Assembly (NCBI GenBank): GCA_937881735.1
Contig: CALGEH010000220.1
Coordinates: 1 to 51,925 of the forward strand
Direction: 5' to 3'
From: an uncultured Shimia sp.
GTDB lineage: Bacteria > Pseudomonadota > Alphaproteobacteria > Rhodobacterales > Rhodobacteraceae
DNA length: 51,925 nt
Shown here: piece after piece, positions 1 through 8,780 of the stretch
How the letters are laid out: each line of letters starts with the position of its first letter
Position numbering within the stretch: position 1 is the first letter of the stretch
Translations under genes and position numbers: made by a program
The notes under the pieces: model-generated
Databases searched by the model: none
What the model saw: the letters and a program-made list of their open reading frames with translations, nothing else
Told to the model about the DNA's origin: nothing

Positions 1-1928
1 ATGATCCGGTTCAACTCGAAATCCTTGGGCGTATAGACCCGCGCCACGCCCATCGCCTTGAGGCGGGCGGCGTCCTCATCCGGGATGATGCCGCCGACGA
101 TCACGGGCGTGTCTGCGAGCCCCGCAGCGCGCATCCGCTCCATCAGTTCCTCGACCAGCGGAATGTGGCTGCCCGACAGGATAGAAAGGCCCACGACATG
201 CGCCTCATCCTCAAGGGCTGCGTTCACGATTTCTTCGGGTGTGAGGCGGATACCCTCATAGCGCATGTCCATGCCGCAATCGCGGGCGCGAAAGGCGATC
301 TGCTCGGCCCCGTTGGAATGCCCATCAAGACCCGGCTTGCCCATCAGGAACTTGAGACGGCGGCCCAAGCGGTCTGACACTGCGCTCACGGCCTCGCGGA
401 TATCGTCGAGCCCTTCGGTCATGTTCGACGGGCTGACCGAGACGCCTGTGGGGCCGCGATATTCGCCGTGCACGGCGCGCATCTGGGCGGCCCATTCGCC
501 GGTGGTGACGCCCACGCGGGCGGCATTGATCGAGGCGGGCATGATGTTGCGTCCCTCGGACGCTGCGGCGCGCAGATCGGCGAGCGCGGCTTTCACCGCA
601 GCGGCGTCGCGCGCCTCGCGCCACGCATCAAGGCGGCCGATCTGCTCGGCCTCGACCGCCGGATCGACGGTCATGATGCCGCCATCCTCGGTTTGCAGCG
701 GCGACGGCTCGCCATTGGTCCATTTGTTCACGCCGACCACGATGGTCTCGTTGCGCTCGATCCGGCCCAGCCGCTCGGCATTGCTGTCGACAAGGCGGGC
801 TTTCATGTAATCAATCGCCCCGATCGCACCCTCCATGCTGTCGAGCGTATGAAGCTCGGCGCGCGCGCCCTCTTTGAGGGCTTCGACCTTGGCCTCCACC
901 GCCGGGTTGCCATCGAAGAGGTCATCGAATTCCAGAAGGTCCGTCTCGTATGCGAGGATTTGCTGCATGCGCATCGACCATTGCTGATCCCATGGGCGCG
1001 GCAGGCCGAGCGCCTCGTTCCACGCAGGCAATTGCACGGCGCGGGCGCGGGCGTTTTTGCTGAGCGTCACGGCCAGCATCTCAATGAGGATGCGGTAGAC
1101 GTTGTTCTCGGGCTGCTGCTCGGTCAGGCCCAGAGAGTTGACCTGCACGCCATAGCGGAAGCGGCGGAATTTGGGATCCTCGACGCCATAGCGCTCTTGC
1201 AGGATTTCGTCCCAGAGGTCCACGAAGGCGCGCATCTTGCACATCTCGGTCACGAACCGGATGCCTGCATTCACGAAGAAGGAGATACGGCCCGCAAGCG
1301 CTGGGAAATCCTCGGCAGGCACGCGCGGCTTGAGCTCATCCAGCACGGCGGTGGCCGTGGCCAATGCGAAGGCAAGCTCTTGCTGCGGTGTCGCGCCGGC
1401 CTCTTGCAGGTGGTAGGAACACACGTTCATCGGGTTCCATTTCGGCACGTTGGTATAGCAGTATTCCGCCACGTCCCCGATCATCTTGAGCGAGGGCTTG
1501 GGCGGACAGATATACGTGCCGCGGCTGAGATATTCCTTGATCAGATCGTTCTGCACGGTGCCTTGCAATGCGCACACATCTGCGCCTTGCTCCTCGGCCA
1601 CGGCGATATAGAGCGACAAGAGCCATGGCGCGGTCGCGTTGATCGTCATGGAGGTGTTCATCTTCTCCAGCGGGATATCCTGAAAAAGCTGGCGCATGTC
1701 GCCCAGATGACAGACCGGAACGCCGACCTTTCCCACCTCGCCCTTGGAGAGGATATGATCGCTGTCATAGCCCGTCTGGGTGGGCAGATCGAAGGCCACG
1801 GAGAGCCCTGTCTGGCCCTTCTCTAGGTTCGAGCGGTAGAGCGCGTTGGAGGCAGACGCCGTGGAGTGGCCCGCATAGGTGCGGATCAGCCAGGGGCGGT
1901 CTTTTGCTGGCGTGTTGGTCTCGGTCAT
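1..1928 (-). CDS. ecm: Ethylmalonyl-CoA mutase (B12-dependent, MeaA/Ecm); 3' end lies outside the window
   Basis: Absent from the ORF track because it runs off the edge. Manual minus-strand translation from the ATG at 1928 gives MTETNTPAKDRPWLIRTYAGHSTASASNALYRSNLEKGQTGLSVAFDLPTQTGYDSDH, and the C-terminal B12-binding motif GKPGLDGHSNGAEQI appears near 300-340. Lies next to ccr. Confidence 0.95.
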   Translation of the reverse strand, partial: MTETNTPAKDRPWLIRTYAGHSTASASNALYRSNLEKGQTGLSVAFDLPTQTGYDSDHILSKGEVGKVGVPVCHLGDMRQLFQDIPLEKMNTSMTINATAPWLLSLYIAVAEEQGADVCALQGTVQNDLIKEYLSRGTYICPPKPSLKMIGDVAEYCYTNVPKWNPMNVCSYHLQEAGATPQQELAFALATATAVLDELKPRVPAEDFPALAGRISFFVNAGIRFVTEMCKMRAFVDLWDEILQERYGVEDPKFRRFRYGVQVNSLGLTEQQPENNVYRILIEMLAVTLSKNARARAVQLPAWNEALGLPRPWDQQWSMRMQQILAYETDLLEFDDLFDGNPAVEAKVEALKEGARAELHTLDSMEGAIGAIDYMKARLVDSNAERLGRIERNETIVVGVNKWTNGEPSPLQTEDGGIMTVDPAVEAEQIGRLDAWREARDAAAVKAALADLRAAASEGRNIMPASINAARVGVTTGEWAAQMRAVHGEYRGPTGVSVSPSNMTEGLDDIREAVSAVSDRLGRRLKFLMGKPGLDGHSNGAEQIAFRARDCGMDMRYEGIRLTPEEIVNAALEDEAHVVGLSILSGSHIPLVEELMERMRAAGLADTPVIVGGIIPDEDAARLKAMGVARVYTPKDFELNRI

Positions 1929-1948
1929 GGCAGAGCCTCCGGAATCGG

Positions 1949-1960
1949 TTGCGCAACAAT
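1949..1960 (-). promoter_or_regulatory. Candidate operator ATTGTTGCGCAA upstream of ecm (near-identical copy upstream of ccr)
   Basis: Overlaps the palindrome GTTGCGCAAC (1948-1957); 11/12 match to 3568-3579. Confidence 0.4.
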
Positions 1961-2007
1961 CGTGCGTTGCTGGGGACATATCGGGAATTTTATGCTTTTG
2001 TCAATTC

Positions 2008-2020
2008 GCTGCAACGCGGC
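2008..2020. promoter_or_regulatory. PhaR-like site GCTGC-AAC-GCGGC in the ecm/acyltransferase divergent region
   Basis: Resembles the CTGC-N3-GCAG PhaR consensus with one mismatch; short motif in GC-rich DNA. Confidence 0.3.
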
Positions 2021-2143
2021 ATGATCGCTTGGTGAGAGCGCGCGGTCAATCCCGACTGATATGGGCGCTGGGCGGCGAAGTTTTGTGGCGCGCGGATGTC
2101 TCTTGCTATAGTTAAGGAGCCGGGGGCCACGCAAGGAGCGCGC

Positions 2144-3538
2144 ATGACATCGACGGTGCAAATGCCGCTTTGGGCGCTATTGTTGCTGCTGGCCTTTGCG
2201 GCTGTGACGTTCGCGTCGCACTTCCTTTTTCCGTCCGTGCGTTGGTTCTTTCGGCGTCGGCTGGAGCGGGCGGTGGCACAGCTCAACAAAAAACTCACCC
2301 GGCCCATTGAGCCTTTCAAGCTGGCCCGGCGGCAGGACATGATCCAGCGGCTTCTCTATGATCCGGACGTGACCGAGGCCATCGTGGAATATGCGCACAA
2401 GCATAATGTGCGCGAGGACGTCGCGTTTGAAAAGGCCCGCCGATACGCTCGCGAGATCGTCCCGAGCTTCTCCGCCTTCGCCTATTTCAGCTTTGGCATC
2501 CGCCTCGCGAATTTTCTGGCGCGCTCTTTATACATCGTGCAGCGGGGCAATATGAACATGGCTGTTCTTGACAAGATTGCCCCCAATGCAACGGTGGTAT
2601 TCATCATGAACCATCGCAGCAATATGGATTATGTGCTGGTCACCACACTGGCCTCTCAGGCCTCGGCGCTCAGCTATGCGGTGGGGGAATGGGCGCGGGT
2701 CTGGCCGCTCAGCCGTCTGATCAAATCCATGGGGGCATATTTCATTCGCCGCCGCTCGCGCGGGGGTCTCTACCGGGCCGTTTTGGCGCGCTATGTACAG
2801 ATGGCGACGCAGGGCGGCGTGACGCAGGCGATCTTCCCCGAGGGGGGGCTGAGCGTCGATGGGCTGACCAAGCCGCCGAAGCTGGGCCTTTTGTCCTATG
2901 TGGTCGATGGCTGGAAACCCGGTGCGCGTGATGTGGTTTTTGTGCCCGTGGCGATCAATTACGACCGGGTGCTGGAGGACCGCGTGCTGAGCGAGGCCGG
3001 GCGGCGCGGAGATCGGCGCTTTCGGGCACGCATCTCGGTGATCATCAAATTTACCGCACGTATGATTTGGTTCCGGTTGCGTGGAAATTTTGAGCGGTTC
3101 GGGCTGGCGTCGGTGGTCTTTGCTGAGCCTGTGAAGCTCAGCGATTATGGGCCCGGGCCGGATCTGGAGGTGCTGGGTGCGGGCCTGATGAAGCGGATCG
3201 ATGCCGCGATGCCGCTGCTCTTCGTGCCGCTTCTGGCGCGGGTGATGTTGCGGGCGGATGCACCGATGGCTGATGCGGACCTGACCGAGGCTGTGCGTGC
3301 CATGGGGCAGGCGGCCTCGGGTGATGTACCGTTGATAGAGGCGGAAGCGCTGCCCGGTGCAGTGGCGCGCGCGCAACGGCAGTTGTCGCGCCGGGGGTTG
3401 ATCACTCAAAGTGAGCGAGGATGGTGTGCCAATCCCGATGAGACGCTGCTTTTGCAATTCTACGCAAATTCCATCGCACATTTCTATCCTGATGATGCTG
3501 CGCCCGCGAAAGAAATTTCTGCGACTGCTGGGTCATAA
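2144..3538 (+). CDS. Glycerolipid acyltransferase (PlsB/PlsC-like family), N-terminal membrane anchor
   Basis: HX4D motif NHRSNMD, block III FPEGG, GAYFIRR; AAGGAG RBS before the ATG at 2144. Confidence 0.85.
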   Translation: MTSTVQMPLWALLLLLAFAAVTFASHFLFPSVRWFFRRRLERAVAQLNKKLTRPIEPFKLARRQDMIQRLLYDPDVTEAIVEYAHKHNVREDVAFEKARRYAREIVPSFSAFAYFSFGIRLANFLARSLYIVQRGNMNMAVLDKIAPNATVVFIMNHRSNMDYVLVTTLASQASALSYAVGEWARVWPLSRLIKSMGAYFIRRRSRGGLYRAVLARYVQMATQGGVTQAIFPEGGLSVDGLTKPPKLGLLSYVVDGWKPGARDVVFVPVAINYDRVLEDRVLSEAGRRGDRRFRARISVIIKFTARMIWFRLRGNFERFGLASVVFAEPVKLSDYGPGPDLEVLGAGLMKRIDAAMPLLFVPLLARVMLRADAPMADADLTEAVRAMGQAASGDVPLIEAEALPGAVARAQRQLSRRGLITQSERGWCANPDETLLLQFYANSIAHFYPDDAAPAKEISATAGS

Positions 3539-3567
3539 AGTTACAAAATATAGGCTTTGGGCATTGC

Positions 3568-3579
3568 ATTATTGCGCAA
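3568..3579 (+). promoter_or_regulatory. Candidate operator ATTATTGCGCAA upstream of ccr
   Basis: Matches the ecm upstream motif in the same orientation relative to transcription. Confidence 0.4.
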
Positions 3580-3648
3580 GTCGGCCTATCCACTCGGCCA
3601 CTCCGCGCGCAAGCGTCGCGGCCAATCATATCTCGAGGGAGGCCGCTC

Positions 3649-4935
3649 ATGGCTCTGGATACGGAAAATGGCATTGCGCCCTACGACGCCCCGGAAAAGG
3701 AGCTTTATGACATCGGTGAGATGCCCCCGTTGGGCTTCGTACCGCCCAAGATGCATGCATGGGTGATCCGCCGCGAACGTCATGGCGATCCCGACAAGGC
3801 GATGGAGCTTGAGGTCATCGACACACCCACGCTCGACAGCCACGATGTGCTTGTCCTCGTGATGGCGGCTGGCGTGAATTATAACGGCGTCTGGGCATGT
3901 CTCGGGCAGCCCGGCTCGGTCTTTGATGTGCACAAGGCCCCCTATGCGGTCGTCGGATCGGACGCGGCGGGCGTGGTCTGGGCCGTGGGCGACAAGGTCA
4001 AACGCTGGAAAGTGGGCGACGAGGTGGTCATCCACTGCAACCAGGACGATGGCGACGATGAAGAGTGTAACGGCGGCGACCCGATGTTCTCCCCCAGCCA
4101 GCGGATTTGGGGCTATGAGACACCTGGCGGCTCGTTTGGGCAGTTCACGGCCGTGCAATCGCAGCAGCTTATGCCACGCCCCAAACACCTCACATGGGAA
4201 GAGAGCGCGTGCTATACGCTGACCCTCGCCACCGCCTACCGGATGCTCTTTGGCCACGAGCCGCATGACCTCAAGCCCGGCCAGAACGTGCTGGTCTGGG
4301 GCGCGTCGGGCGGGATTGGATCATTCGCGATCCAGCTGATCAACACGGCGGGCGCCAATGCAATCGGTGTGATCTCGGACGAGGACAAACGCGACTTCGT
4401 GATGGAGCTGGGCGCCAAGGGCGTGATCAACCGCAAGGATTTCTCCTGTTGGGGACAGATGCCCACAGTCAACACCGATGAATATGCCGAATGGTTCAAA
4501 GAGGCACGCCGCTTTGGCAAAGCGATCTGGGATATCACCGGCAAGGGCGTAAATGTCGACATGGTATTTGAGCATCCGGGCGAGGCGACATTCCCCGTCT
4601 CGACCTTCGTGGTGAAGCGCGGCGGCATGGTTGTGATCTGCGCGGGCACCTCGGGCTACAACTGCACCTTCGATGTCCGCCATATGTGGAGCCACCAAAA
4701 GCGGCTTCAGGGCTCGCATTTTGCGCATCTCAAACAGGCCGCGGCCGCGAACAAGCTGATGTTGGAGCGGCGGATTGATCCGTGTATGTCCGAGGTGTTC
4801 ACTTGGGCTGACCTGCCGCAGGCGCATATGAAGATGCTGCACAATGAGCACAAGCCGGGCAACATGGCCGTGCTGGTTCAGGCCCCCAAGACGGGCCTTC
4901 GGACGGTCGAAGATGTGCTGGATGCGAAACAATAA
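3649..4935 (+). CDS. ccr: Crotonyl-CoA carboxylase/reductase
   Basis: VMAAGVNYNGVW, IWGYETP, VLVWGASGGIGS, FEHPG and LQGSHFA motifs; GGGAGG RBS; adjacent to ecm. Confidence 0.97.
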   Translation: MALDTENGIAPYDAPEKELYDIGEMPPLGFVPPKMHAWVIRRERHGDPDKAMELEVIDTPTLDSHDVLVLVMAAGVNYNGVWACLGQPGSVFDVHKAPYAVVGSDAAGVVWAVGDKVKRWKVGDEVVIHCNQDDGDDEECNGGDPMFSPSQRIWGYETPGGSFGQFTAVQSQQLMPRPKHLTWEESACYTLTLATAYRMLFGHEPHDLKPGQNVLVWGASGGIGSFAIQLINTAGANAIGVISDEDKRDFVMELGAKGVINRKDFSCWGQMPTVNTDEYAEWFKEARRFGKAIWDITGKGVNVDMVFEHPGEATFPVSTFVVKRGGMVVICAGTSGYNCTFDVRHMWSHQKRLQGSHFAHLKQAAAANKLMLERRIDPCMSEVFTWADLPQAHMKMLHNEHKPGNMAVLVQAPKTGLRTVEDVLDAKQ

Positions 4936-4964
4936 ACTTCACTGCTGACGCTACGGAAACAATC

Positions 4965-4999
4965 GCCCGCGAATCGTTCACCCGGTTTGCGGGCTTTTT
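4965..4999 (+). terminator. Rho-independent terminator after ccr
   Basis: GCCCGCGAATCG-ttcacc-CGGTTTGCGGGC stem (two G-U pairs) followed by TTTTT. Confidence 0.75.
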
Positions 5000-5112
5000 C
5001 GTGCCTGCAGAGGCCACCTCAGAGAAAACAGAGGCTTATTTTTTGCCACCCCACCATTTCTGGGGGGCTGAAATACGCTAATTCATAAAAAAATATTACA
5101 TTCTAGGGTTGA

Positions 5113-5138
5113 TTAACCTTTGGTTAACCATCGTTAAA
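5113..5138 (+). promoter_or_regulatory. CtrA-binding site (TTAA-N7-TTAAC) with overlapping TTAACCAT half-site
   Basis: TTAA-CCTTTGG-TTAAC at 5113-5128 is a perfect consensus; TTAACCAT at 5124-5131; lies in an AT-rich intergenic stretch 20 nt before the ORF start at 5149. Confidence 0.8.
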
Positions 5139-5148
5139 GAGGCTAGAC

Positions 5149-5358
5149 ATGAAGAATGAATGGATACTCGACGTTCTGGCCGATCTGCGGATTTTCGCGC
5201 AAGCGAATGATCTGGGCGCTCTGGCCGAGCAGCTTGACGATGCGCGCTTGATTGCGGCAACGGAGCTGGCGTCGAAAGGGGAAGGACACGCCGCACATGA
5301 GCGCAGTGCGTCAGGCATCGATGGATGCGATATTGGAGGGGCTGGACGCGGCTTCTGA
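5149..5358 (+). CDS. Small hypothetical protein overlapping the luxR start
   Basis: GAGG RBS; helical-looking WILDVLADLRIFAQANDLGALAEQLDDA sequence, similar to small proteins I recall upstream of luxR in Rhodobacteraceae. Confidence 0.7.
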   Translation: MKNEWILDVLADLRIFAQANDLGALAEQLDDARLIAATELASKGEGHAAHERSASGIDGCDIGGAGRGF

Positions 5359-6022
5359 ACTCTCTGCTTTGCAAGAGGTTATCGAGGGTTTGCGCGATCT
5401 CTTCCGCGTCGATCACATGGTCTATCACTGGGTCAGTGCGGCGGGCGATCAATATGGCTGCGGGACCTATGCGCCTGCTTGGGTCGCGCGTTATGTGGAG
5501 CGTGATTACCTCAGGATCGATCCGGTCATCATGGGCTGTTACCAGCATTTTCACCCCGTCGACTGGAAGCGCCTTGACTGGTCCAGCAAGGCCGCTCGGG
5601 CCTTCCAGAAAGAAGCGATCGAGCATGGCGTGGGCAATCAGGGCTATTCCGTGCCCGTGCGCGGCCCCAACGGGCAGTTCGCCCTCTATACGGTCAGTCA
5701 CAATTGCGACGATGCGGCATGGGCCACCTTCACCGAGAAAAACCGCCGCAGCCTCATCCTCATCGCGCATGCGTTCAACCAAAAGGCATTGGAGTTTGAG
5801 CCCGACCGCGTGCCTGAAACCGCACAGCCCCTGTCACCGCGCGAGGTGGACGCGATGACCCTTTTGGCGATGGGCTATAGCCGCGCGCAGGTGGCGCAGA
5901 CCCTGACAATTTCCGAACATACGCTGCGGGCCTACATCGAATCGGCGCGGTTCAAGCTGGGGGCGATGAACACCGTCCATGCGGTGGCCCGCGCGCTCAG
6001 CCGGGGTTTGATCGTGATCTGA
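5297..6022 (+). CDS. luxR: LuxR-family AHL-binding transcriptional regulator
   Basis: Autoinducer-binding residues WVARY, IDPV, PVDW and GNQG; C-terminal HTH LSPRE...GYSRAQVA...ISEHT...FKLG. Start is 5297 (GAAGGA upstream) or 5321. Confidence 0.93.
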   Translation: MSAVRQASMDAILEGLDAASELSALQEVIEGLRDLFRVDHMVYHWVSAAGDQYGCGTYAPAWVARYVERDYLRIDPVIMGCYQHFHPVDWKRLDWSSKAARAFQKEAIEHGVGNQGYSVPVRGPNGQFALYTVSHNCDDAAWATFTEKNRRSLILIAHAFNQKALEFEPDRVPETAQPLSPREVDAMTLLAMGYSRAQVAQTLTISEHTLRAYIESARFKLGAMNTVHAVARALSRGLIVI

Positions 6023-6049
6023 TCTACTTGGGCCGCGTCGCGGTCTGGC

Positions 6050-6916
6050 TCAGAGCGGCTCCGACGCGGCCCAATCCCAATACATCTCGCGCACACGGCG
6101 GGTCACGGGGCCCACCTGATAACTTGTGTCGTCAAAGGCGGACACAGCCGTCACCTTGCTCATATTGCCGGACAGAAAGACCTCATCAGCCTCGGTAAAA
6201 TCGGCGAAGCTGAGCACGGTTTCATGCACCTTCACCCCATCCGCGCGCAGGTTCGCCATATGCCGCGCCCGCGTGATCCCGGCCAAAAACGTGCCATTCG
6301 CCACCGGGGTGAAAACCTCGCCGTCCCGCACCATGAACACATTGGAGGTTGCCGTCTCCGCCACATTCCCCAGCGCATCTGCCACCAGCGCGTTGACGAA
6401 CCCTTTGGAGCGTGCCTCGGCCAGCATCCTTGCGTTGTTGGGGTAAAGACAGCCTGCCTTGGCGTTCACGACCGAGCTTTCCAGCACAGGGCGGCAAAAC
6501 CGCGTGCGCGTCAGCGTGACGGACGCGCCTGCCTGTGGCATCGGAATTTCCTCCAGCGCGATGGCAAAGCCTGCGCCCTCTGCGGCTGGCACAATTGCCA
6601 TATAGTCCGAGCCGACGCCCCAATACATCGGGCGGATATAGATCGGCGTGCCAGCGGGATAGGCGCGGAGCCCCTCGCGGATGATCTCGACCATATCTTC
6701 GGTGCGCACATGCGGGGTCAGCATCAAGGCCTCTGCCGAACTGTTGACCCGCGCGCAATGCGCCTCCAGATCGGGCACCAGCCCGTTCACGCAGCGCGCC
6801 CCGTCAAAGACCGAACTACCGAGCCATGCGCCGTGATCGGCGGCGCGCATGATGAGCGCGTCGCCTTCATGCCACTGCCCTTCGAAATAGGTCCGGATGT
6901 TCGTGCCAGTGGCCAT
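6050..6916 (-). CDS. Class IV PLP aminotransferase (branched-chain amino acid aminotransferase-like)
   Basis: VFDGAR, YIRP, AKAGCLYPN (PLP Lys), ETATSN and FLAGITR motifs. Confidence 0.9.
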   Translation of the reverse strand: MATGTNIRTYFEGQWHEGDALIMRAADHGAWLGSSVFDGARCVNGLVPDLEAHCARVNSSAEALMLTPHVRTEDMVEIIREGLRAYPAGTPIYIRPMYWGVGSDYMAIVPAAEGAGFAIALEEIPMPQAGASVTLTRTRFCRPVLESSVVNAKAGCLYPNNARMLAEARSKGFVNALVADALGNVAETATSNVFMVRDGEVFTPVANGTFLAGITRARHMANLRADGVKVHETVLSFADFTEADEVFLSGNMSKVTAVSAFDDTSYQVGPVTRRVREMYWDWAASEPL

Positions 6917-6980
6917 GTGCCGCCTCCCTTGTTGTCCCCTCAGGCTAAGCGCCGCAATGCCCGCCGTCCAGCGTCAGGAC

Positions 6981-8012
6981 CTAGCTGCCGACCATGCCCA
7001 CGATCTCATAGGTCCGCTTCAGGATCGGCGCCGCGATGGCCCGCGCATCCGCCGCACCGCGCGCGAGGATCGCGTCGATCTCGCCCGTGTCCTGCATCAA
7101 GCGGCTCATCTCTTGGGATATGGGGGCCATCTTGTCCACGGCCAGATCGGCCAGCGCCGGTTTGAACTCGGAAAACGCCCGCCCGCCCATGTCGCGCATC
7201 ACGTCCTCGGCGCTCATATCGGCGAGGCCTGCGTAAATATTCACGAGGTTGCGCGCCTCCGGGCGGCCCGCAAGACCCTCCAGATCCGACGGAAGCGGCT
7301 CTGCATCCGTCTTGGCCTTACGGATCTTCTTGGCGATGGTGTCGGCATCATCGGTCATGTTGATCCGGCTCATATCCGACGGGTCCGACTTGGACATTTT
7401 CTTCGATCCGTCGCGCAGGCTCATCACCCGCGTGGCGGCCCCTTCGATCACAGGCTCGGTGATCGGGAAGAAGTCCACGCCGTAGTCATGGTTGAACTTC
7501 GCTGCGATGTCACGGGTAAGCTCCAGGTGCTGCTTTTGATCCTCGCCCACGGGTACATGGGTCGCATGGTAGATCAGGATATCGGCGGCCATGAGCGCCG
7601 GGTATCCGAAGAGACCCAGCGAGGCGTTCTCCGCATTCTTGCCCGCCTTGTCCTTGAACTGCGTCATCCGCTTCATCCAGCCCATCCGCGCCACACAGCT
7701 CAGCACCCAACCAAGCTGCGCGTGTTCGGCCACCTGGCTTTGGTTGAAGAGGATGGATTTCTCCGGGTCCAGCCCCGAGGCGATGAACCCCGCACAAAGC
7801 TCGCGCGTGGCGCGGCGCAGGTTGTCGGGGTCCTGCCAGACGGTGATCGCATGCAAATCAACCATGCAATAGAGGCTCGGTGTGCCGCTCTCTTGCATCG
7901 CCACAAAGCGTTTGATTGCGCCGAGGTAATTGCCAAGCGTCAGCCCGCCCGAGGGCTGGATGCCGGAAAATACGCGGGGGGAATGGGGCCGCGTGTCAAT
8001 CGGTGCCGTCAT
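6981..8012 (-). CDS. trpS: Tryptophanyl-tRNA synthetase
   Basis: SGIQPSG-LTLGNY (HIGH variant), [25 protein letters not shown]. Confidence 0.97.
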   Translation of the reverse strand: MTAPIDTRPHSPRVFSGIQPSGGLTLGNYLGAIKRFVAMQESGTPSLYCMVDLHAITVWQDPDNLRRATRELCAGFIASGLDPEKSILFNQSQVAEHAQLGWVLSCVARMGWMKRMTQFKDKAGKNAENASLGLFGYPALMAADILIYHATHVPVGEDQKQHLELTRDIAAKFNHDYGVDFFPITEPVIEGAATRVMSLRDGSKKMSKSDPSDMSRINMTDDADTIAKKIRKAKTDAEPLPSDLEGLAGRPEARNLVNIYAGLADMSAEDVMRDMGGRAFSEFKPALADLAVDKMAPISQEMSRLMQDTGEIDAILARGAADARAIAAPILKRTYEIVGMVGS

Positions 8013-8086
8013 GGCCGCGTCTCCTGTCTGGATTTCTGCGTGCGCCTCGCTTACCCATGCGCCAAAGCCCCGTCAAGGAGACGCGC

Positions 8087-8773
8087 ATGGATGCCCCCGC
8101 AAACCAAAGCCCGATCAACCCGCTTCCGCCTGTTGTGGTGGTGCTTTTCTTGGCGGTTTGTATCCCGGAGCTGATCTTTTTCGCGGGCGAGGCGGGGCTG
8201 GTGGGTGGCGCGCAGGCCGTGGGCTGGCGCAGTGCGGCGCTTCAGGATTATGCCTATAACGCCGACCTGATGGGGCAGATGTTCCGCGCCTCCGTCTATC
8301 CCGCCGAGCATCTGATGCGGCTTGTGACCTATCCTTTCGTGCATGGCTCGGTAACCGAGGCGATGTTTTCGGGCGTGATCCTGCTGGCCTTGGGCAAGTT
8401 CGTGGGCGAGGTTTATCGCGGCTGGGCGGTGCTGGCCGTATTCTTCGCCTCTGCCATCGCAGGCGCGCTGGTCTATACGGCGGTCGCGGGGCCGAACCCA
8501 TGGCTTTACGGCGCGTTCCCGGGCTCTTACGGGCTGATCGGGGCGTTCACGTTCCTTCTGTGGCTCAATCTGGGGTGCGCGGGGGCCAATCAGGCGCGGG
8601 CGTTCATGCTCATCGGCTTTTTGATGGGCGCGCAACTTCTCTTCAGCCTGCTCTTTGGTGGGGGCATGAAATGGGCGGCGGATCTTACGGGGTTTGCTAC
8701 CGGCTTCGGGCTGTCGTTCTTCGTCAGCCCCGGCGGGTGGGCTGCTTTTCTGGACTGTATCCGCCAGCGGTAA
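8087..8773 (+). CDS. Rhomboid-family membrane protein, probably catalytically inactive
   Basis: RLVTYPFVHGS rhomboid L1 motif and multiple TM helices; catalytic-motif positions read GAFPG and WAADLTG. AAGGAG RBS. Confidence 0.75.
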   Translation: MDAPANQSPINPLPPVVVVLFLAVCIPELIFFAGEAGLVGGAQAVGWRSAALQDYAYNADLMGQMFRASVYPAEHLMRLVTYPFVHGSVTEAMFSGVILLALGKFVGEVYRGWAVLAVFFASAIAGALVYTAVAGPNPWLYGAFPGSYGLIGAFTFLLWLNLGCAGANQARAFMLIGFLMGAQLLFSLLFGGGMKWAADLTGFATGFGLSFFVSPGGWAAFLDCIRQR

Positions 8774-8780
8774 GGGATGC

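Noticed and set aside
468-1826. 452-aa plus-strand ORF
   Set aside because: Antisense shadow of ecm; typical of GC-rich codon bias and has no motifs.
5000-5112. Lux box or sRNA between ccr and the small ORF
   Set aside because: Only an imperfect CCCC...GGGG stem; no 18-20-bp palindrome that I can support.
6027-6039. Microhomology CTTGGGC..GCGTC shared with 27552-27565, at putative rearrangement breakpoints
   Set aside because: Too short and gapped to distinguish from chance in GC-rich DNA.
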